NCBI GenBank assembly: GCA_963847445.1
Contig: CAWJZV010000010.1
Coordinates: 1-11,030, forward strand
Length of the DNA: 11,030 nucleotides
Direction of reading: 5' to 3'
Source of the DNA: an uncultured delta proteobacterium
Lineage (GTDB): Bacteria; Desulfobacterota; Binatia; UBA9968
Part shown: piece by piece, positions 6,754-11,030 of the stretch
Position numbering within the stretch: the stretch's first letter is position 1
How the letters are laid out: the number at the start of each line of letters is the position of its first letter
Notes under the pieces: model-generated
Told to the model about the DNA's origin: nothing
Databases searched by the model: none
Seen by the model: only the letters and a program-made list of their open reading frames with translations
Position numbers and translations under genes: made by a program

Positions 6754-7932
6754 ATGCCATTAGCGACCATCGAAGAAGCGATTGATGAGATCCGCCGCGG
6801 CCGTATGGTCATCCTCACCGATGACAAGGACCGCGAGAACGAAGGGGACCTGTGCATGGCCGCTGAAAAGGTCACGCCCGAGGCAGTCAACTTCATGGCG
6901 ACCCATGGACGTGGGTTGATCTGCCTAACCTTGACTGAAGAACGGGTCCGGCATTTGGGGCTGGCCATGATGGTGTCGGACAATACCTCGCCGTTCGGCA
7001 CCGCCTTCACCGTTTCCATCGACTCGGCCCAGGGTATCACTACCGGGATTTCTGCCGCCGACCGCGCCAAGACGATTCTCGATTCAATCGCCGACGACGC
7101 TAAGCCCCAAGACCTCGCGACGCCAGGTCATATCTTTCCGTTGCGCGCGCGCAACGGCGGCGTGCTCGTGCGCGCGGGCCAGACCGAAGGCTCGGTCGAC
7201 CTCGCCCGCCTTGCCGGCCTCAAGCCCGCCGGCGTGATTTGCGAGATCATGAAGAACGACGGCACCATGGCACGCCAGCCCGACCTCATGCGCTTCGCCA
7301 AAAAGCACAAGCTCAAAGTCGTCACCAACGCCGATCTGATCCAACACCGTTTGAACTACGACTCGCTGGTCTACAAAGCCGCATCGGCGCCGCTGCCGAC
7401 CCGCATCGGCGGCGAGTTTCAAGCCATTGTCTACAACACCCATGTCGACGAAAGCGAGCACCTGGCGTTGATCAAGGGACAGATTTCGCCCAATGAAGAA
7501 ACCTTGGTGCGGGTGCATACCAAGTATATACCCGGCGATGTTTTCGGCTTCGAGCTGCTCAACACCGGCGCGGTGATTCAGCGTTCCATGGAGTTGATCG
7601 CCAAAGAGGGCAAAGGCGTGATCTTGTATTTGCAGCCTAAACAAAAGGCACATCACCCGGCTATGGTCGCCTATCCGAAAGTCGAAGGTAAGCAGCAAAA
7701 AGGCATGAATGCGTCGTTCGTCTATCAGGCGGATTTCAAGGAATACGGCATAGGCGCGCAAATTCTGCGCGACTTGGGCGTGCGCAAGATGCGGCTACTG
7801 ACCAACAACAAGAAACATCTGGTCGGTCTGCGTGGCTACGGTTTGGAAGTGACGTCATTGGTGCCGATCCCCAGGGAAAGTCCCCTGCGCGTCAACGCCA
7901 AAAACCCCAAGGCCAAGGCCAAACATGCCTAG
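6754..7932 (+). CDS. ribBA: 3,4-dihydroxy-2-butanone-4-phosphate synthase fused to a degenerate GTP cyclohydrolase II-like domain (RibBA/RibBX)
   Basis: Intact RibB motifs DDKDRENEGD, GLIC, TAFTVS, TTGISAADRA, PGHIFPL, RAGQTEGSVDL and CEI. The C-terminal domain keeps VRVH, YGIGAQIL and LLTNN but has lost the zinc-binding cysteines. Confidence 0.93.
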   Translation: MPLATIEEAIDEIRRGRMVILTDDKDRENEGDLCMAAEKVTPEAVNFMATHGRGLICLTLTEERVRHLGLAMMVSDNTSPFGTAFTVSIDSAQGITTGISAADRAKTILDSIADDAKPQDLATPGHIFPLRARNGGVLVRAGQTEGSVDLARLAGLKPAGVICEIMKNDGTMARQPDLMRFAKKHKLKVVTNADLIQHRLNYDSLVYKAASAPLPTRIGGEFQAIVYNTHVDESEHLALIKGQISPNEETLVRVHTKYIPGDVFGFELLNTGAVIQRSMELIAKEGKGVILYLQPKQKAHHPAMVAYPKVEGKQQKGMNASFVYQADFKEYGIGAQILRDLGVRKMRLLTNNKKHLVGLRGYGLEVTSLVPIPRESPLRVNAKNPKAKAKHA

Positions 7933-7945
7933 CCCTGCAGGATCG

Positions 7946-8016
7946 CAAATCTCAGATTCCAAATTTCAGATTCCAGAATTGGGATCGGTAATTTGCAATA
8001 AGCAATCTGTAATTTG
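7946..8016. repeat. Degenerate heptamer array forming an imperfect inverted repeat
   Basis: CAAATCT CAGATTC CAAATTT CAGATTC CAGAATT followed by GGGATCG GTAATTT GCAATAA GCAATCT GTAATTT; the second half approximates the reverse complement of the first. Confidence 0.7.
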
Positions 8017-8040
8017 ACATTCCGAGCGAAGCGAGGACAA

Positions 8041-8250
8041 ATGCCGATCTTCGAATACAACTGCCGCAGCTGCGAGCAGCACTTTGAGACCATCGTCTTA
8101 TCGACACGGGAAAAAATCCGCTGTCCCAAATGCAACAGCAAGAAGGTCGACAAGCAACTGTCAGTCTTTAGCGCTCCGGCAGCCACCGGCGACACCGCGC
8201 CAAATGGCGGCGCCTGCACCGGCACGCCACAAACCTGCGGCTGCCACTAG
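8041..8250 (+). CDS. FmdB-family zinc-ribbon protein (69 aa)
   Basis: MPIFEYxCxxC...FE...CPxCxS signature and a Cys-rich tail (ACTGTPQTCGCH); SD GAGGA at 8033-8037 supports the ATG at 8041 rather than 8014. Confidence 0.88.
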   Translation: MPIFEYNCRSCEQHFETIVLSTREKIRCPKCNSKKVDKQLSVFSAPAATGDTAPNGGACTGTPQTCGCH

Positions 8251-8380
8251 CAAGCGGTCGGGCAAACGTACAAAAAACTGTATTTGAAATTTCGCCAAGG
8301 GCGGGAGTAGGATGTATCCTCGATCCTCGTTTTGGCAGATCGGCAACTATCCAATCGCGGTCTCGCTGTATGGCAGCTCG

Positions 8381-8911
8381 TCACACGGAATCTTCCGATG
8401 GAGTCATATAGCTCAGCAAATCGGGACGGATGCGCTTGAGCGCTTCGCCGACGTTGGCAAACACGCGTTCTTCAATCAACTGCGCTTTGACCCAATAATC
8501 GAGCGACGGCGCGTCGACAAAATTGATGTCGACGTAGCGTTCGCCCACCGGCTCGCCGGTGATCATGACGCGCACCGAATAGCCGGCATCGATGACGATG
8601 CCGCGCGCCCCCGGCGGCAGCGGCAGCGCCGCTTTGATCTTCTCCAGTTTATCCGGCGGATACTTGCCGATATCGAGGGAGTAGTAGCCCCACTGGCCAG
8701 GCGCGACCTTGAGCTCCTTGAAAATTTTCCGGTTGATATCGACGAGATTCTTCGCCGCCTCGTCCTGATTGTAGTTTTCTAAGAGATCGACGGCCCATTT
8801 CTCGATGATGCCTCTGACCGGTGGCACCGCGGACTTGTCGCGCTCCTTGACCGCCCGGCGGTCGATCCACCATTTGGTTTCTTCGAATGCGGGAGGTTTT
8901 TCGTCGGCCAT
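8381..8911 (-). CDS. Hypothetical protein, 176 aa, apparently soluble
   Basis: Codon pattern like the neighbouring genes, natural amino-acid composition, fills the gap behind the 330-aa gene; family not recognised. Confidence 0.8.
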   Translation of the reverse strand: MADEKPPAFEETKWWIDRRAVKERDKSAVPPVRGIIEKWAVDLLENYNQDEAAKNLVDINRKIFKELKVAPGQWGYYSLDIGKYPPDKLEKIKAALPLPPGARGIVIDAGYSVRVMITGEPVGERYVDINFVDAPSLDYWVKAQLIEERVFANVGEALKRIRPDLLSYMTPSEDSV

Positions 8912-8917
8912 ACTTTT

Positions 8918-8945
8918 AGTCTAACTGATGGATACGCAGAGACAA
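8918..8945 (-). promoter_or_regulatory. Putative promoter for a leaderless transcript of the 176-aa gene
   Basis: Minus strand TTGTCT-N16-TAGACT-N6-ATG; no SD in the 36-nt spacer. Confidence 0.5.
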
Positions 8946-8947
8946 GC

Positions 8948-9940
8948 CTAGATCTTGAAGTCCTCTAGCGTGCTCTTGGCAAACAGCGCATCGACATCGA
9001 GCTTTTTACTAATCAAACCTTGCTCGTGGGTGTACTGCACTAAAGTTTCGAGAATATGGCGATTGGCTTCCAGACCATAGGCCCAGGGATCGGGCCCAAG
9101 AGCTTCCCGCTCCTTTTCCATCTCGTCGATGGACCAAGCCATCATATATTTTAGGGCAGAAAACTCGTACATCGCTTCCTGGCAGATCCTTTTAGATTCG
9201 TTGAAGGCTTTGCATAAGCTCTGGGCGATCCATGGATGCTGTTCGTAAAACTCTTCGCGGATGACGATGGTGTGCATGATTGGAAAAATCTTCGTGCGCT
9301 TGAAATAGTCAGCCTCGACTTCGCGGAAGTTCGGGATCAGCCGCTGCACTTTCGGATGACGCCGCACAAACGGCGATGGCATATGCGCCGAAATCATCGC
9401 GTCGATCTCGCCCCGTTCGAGCATGCCGGACAGCGTCTTGTCGCCGGGGATAGGTTGAATATCGATGTTGGCCGGTAGCTTATGCTGCACCTTGTCCTGG
9501 CGCCCAGGAGTCTCCTCGCCGCCGGTGAACCATTGCATCTTTTCCGGCAACACGCCGTATTCATGCTGCAAGATGCCGCGCGCCCAGGTCGCCATGGTGA
9601 TCTGATATTCGGGAACGCCGACGCGCTTACCCGCCATGTCCGCCGGTTTTTTGATGCCCGAGTCGGTGTTGATGTAAATGCATGAGTGGCGAAAAGTCTT
9701 CGACGGGAAAACTGGGATACCGATCAGTCTGGGCGCGCCCTTGTCGCGCGACATTAAGAAAGAACCGGTGGACATCTCCGCGACATCGAATTCGCCGTAG
9801 CGTAACATGCGCCAAAACGTCTCTTCAACGCGCAACGGCAAGTAGGTCAGATCGACGCCCTCGACCTCGACGCGCCCGTCTTGCAAAGCACGGGTGCGAT
9901 CATAGTCCCAACAAGATAAAGTCAAACGAATTTTGCCCAT
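8948..9940 (-). CDS. 4,5-dihydroxyphthalate decarboxylase (OphC/Pht5)-like protein, periplasmic-binding-protein fold
   Basis: Family motifs DYDRTRAL, FDVAEMS, PVFPSxxFRH, GKRVGVPEYQxT, IFPIMH and DPWxYG; SD AGGAG; no signal peptide. The substrate is not established. Confidence 0.82.
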   Translation of the reverse strand: MGKIRLTLSCWDYDRTRALQDGRVEVEGVDLTYLPLRVEETFWRMLRYGEFDVAEMSTGSFLMSRDKGAPRLIGIPVFPSKTFRHSCIYINTDSGIKKPADMAGKRVGVPEYQITMATWARGILQHEYGVLPEKMQWFTGGEETPGRQDKVQHKLPANIDIQPIPGDKTLSGMLERGEIDAMISAHMPSPFVRRHPKVQRLIPNFREVEADYFKRTKIFPIMHTIVIREEFYEQHPWIAQSLCKAFNESKRICQEAMYEFSALKYMMAWSIDEMEKEREALGPDPWAYGLEANRHILETLVQYTHEQGLISKKLDVDALFAKSTLEDFKI

Positions 9941-9972
9941 GATGAACTCCTGTTCGATAAATATTGGCGAAG

Positions 9973-10173
9973 TTAAGCACTGACCGCGGCAAGAAACTGA
10001 GTGGCGCTGACGACGAACTGCTCGCTGGCGCTTTGCAACACGACGGCGGCTTCGCCCGAAGCGAGTGTAGTGCGGCGCTGAATTGAATAGAGCTTGCCTT
10101 TAAAAGTAACTTGGGCGCCCGGTCGATAGCGCTCAAGGCCTAAATGATCCGGCTGGGGATCGATCTTTTCCAT
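9973..10173 (-). CDS. Small hypothetical protein, 66 aa
   Basis: ATG-initiated, same strand as and 32 nt upstream of the OphC-like gene; alternating beta-strand-like pattern. Confidence 0.65.
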   Translation of the reverse strand: MEKIDPQPDHLGLERYRPGAQVTFKGKLYSIQRRTTLASGEAAVVLQSASEQFVVSATQFLAAVSA

Positions 10174-10205
10174 GACCGATTTCTATAACATAGCGCCTGG
10201 CAAGC

Positions 10206-10440
10206 TTAAACTGCCCACGAGACTTGGGCACGGAACCGAACTCCGAACTCTCCAGTCCGGAAATCGCAGTCCCTGCGGCGCGGGGTGAGCCCCCGAACGG
10301 TGAAGCCACCCGACGGCGGCCGCAAAGTCCGGTACCCTCCACCACTCTCCAACCCATCCCTTTCCCACAGAGCTGGCTCGACGCACTATGGTAAATTAGT
10401 GCTCAGAGGTAGAGTCGCCGTGGAGGAGCTTGCCCTCCAC
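10206..10440. other. Highly structured intergenic region; candidate ncRNA or leader of unknown family
   Basis: Hairpins at 10212-10230, 10265-10277, 10281-10295, 10299-10310, 10383-10402 and 10420-10440; no convincing CDS. Confidence 0.4.
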
Positions 10441-10476
10441 CCACAGTGAACTTGTAACTGCGCTTTTCGGGGTAAA

Positions 10477-10505
10477 TTGACAAGCTCCCAGGTCGAGCCT
10501 ACAGT
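10477..10505 (+). promoter_or_regulatory. Sigma70 promoter of panE
   Basis: TTGACA-N17-TACAGT, 23 nt before the ATG; AGGA at 10517-10520. Confidence 0.65.
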
Positions 10506-10528
10506 CGGGCCAAATTAGGATTATCACC

Positions 10529-11026
10529 ATGCGTATCGCTGTCATGGGCACAGGTGCTGTCGGCGGTTATTTCGGCGCAAAACTCGCCGCCGCAGGCCAT
10601 GAGGTAGCCTTCATCGCCCGTGGCCGGCACTTGCAGGCACTCCGGGCAAGCGGTCTCCGGGTCACGAGCGCCAATGACGATTTACAGATCGACATCGCAA
10701 AGTTCACCGACGATATCGCAACGATTGGCAAAGTCGATCTGATTCTGTTTTGCGTCAAATCCTACGACAGCGAAACCGCCGCCGAACAAATCCGGCCGCT
10801 GGTTAGCGACCGGACGCATATCCTTTCGCTGCAAAACGGCATCGATAACCCGGAAAAACTCGCGCGCGTCTTTCATCCAGAGCAAGTCTTCCCGGCGGTT
10901 GTCTATGTCGGCGCGCAATTGACCTCTCCTGGAGTCATCACCCATGCCAACGTTGGCCCCTCAATTATCTTCGGACAGAGCGACGGCGGCGCCAGCGCAC
11001 CGTCTACATTGCCCCGGGAATTTTGA
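10529..11026 (+). CDS. panE: 2-dehydropantoate 2-reductase (PanE/ApbA family), N-terminal half; early stop 4 nt from the window edge
   Basis: MRIAVMGTGAVGGYFG Rossmann motif, FIARG, VKSYD and SLQNGI. Only 165 aa versus about 300 aa for the family. Confidence 0.85.
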   Translation: MRIAVMGTGAVGGYFGAKLAAAGHEVAFIARGRHLQALRASGLRVTSANDDLQIDIAKFTDDIATIGKVDLILFCVKSYDSETAAEQIRPLVSDRTHILSLQNGIDNPEKLARVFHPEQVFPAVVYVGAQLTSPGVITHANVGPSIIFGQSDGGASAPSTLPREF

Positions 11027-11030
11027 GCGC

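Noticed and set aside
7946-8016. CRISPR-like array
   Set aside because: Units are 7 nt with no spacers, and there are no cas genes in the window.
8014-8042. Perfect TTGACA upstream of the FmdB-like gene
   Set aside because: No acceptable -10 box at 16-18 nt spacing.
882-8782. Long antisense ORFs (882-1718, 1785-2327, 4223-4885, 7084-7761, 8312-8782)
   Set aside because: They are shadows of well-supported genes on the opposite strand, as expected in GC-rich coding DNA, and carry no recognisable motifs.
10232-10260. Possible third ECF promoter, GGAACC-N17-GTCCGG on the + strand
   Set aside because: The -10 box matches only GTC of CGTCTAA; too weak without TSS data.
10255-10335. tRNA-sized cloverleaf
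   Set aside because: No T-loop consensus in the right place, no 7-nt anticodon loop and no 7-bp acceptor stem on either strand.
10133-10386. ORFs 10133-10357 and 10183-10386
   Set aside because: Arg/Gly/Pro/Ser-rich translations with no recognisable motifs; the region is better explained as structured non-coding sequence.
10405-10467. AGAGGTAGAG resembles the start of a lysine riboswitch
   Set aside because: The remaining conserved elements and length are missing, and it lies upstream of the predicted panE promoter.

Overview
GC-rich bacterial chromosomal region with no mobile element, CRISPR array, rRNA or tRNA. The gene content (orphan NMT1/SsuA-like solute-binding paralogs, OphC-like protein, the 5660-6115 family) is reminiscent of Ca. 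Binatia/deltaproteobacteria, but that is inference only. Left to right: the 3' end of a probable M3 oligoendopeptidase (+); a minus-strand block of an amidohydrolase with a likely +1 frameshift and two tandem paralogous solute-binding proteins; a DegP/DegQ protease and an upstream hypothetical gene; a decayed fluoride-channel gene (crcB/fluC) missed by the ORF track; ribBA with a degenerate GTP cyclohydrolase II domain (RibBX-type); an FmdB-family zinc-ribbon protein; a minus-strand block of a hypothetical gene, a 4,5-dihydroxyphthalate decarboxylase-like gene and a 66-aa ORF; a structured ~350-nt intergenic region; and the start of a ketopantoate reductase. The most notable non-coding signals are two copies of an ECF-sigma-like promoter (GGAACC-N15/16-CGTCTAA) before the hypothetical gene and before degP, a degP terminator whose loop carries two CCUCCC anti-SD motifs, a GGA-rich multi-hairpin candidate sRNA, candidate leaderless promoters, and heptamer tandem repeats in five intergenic spacers.
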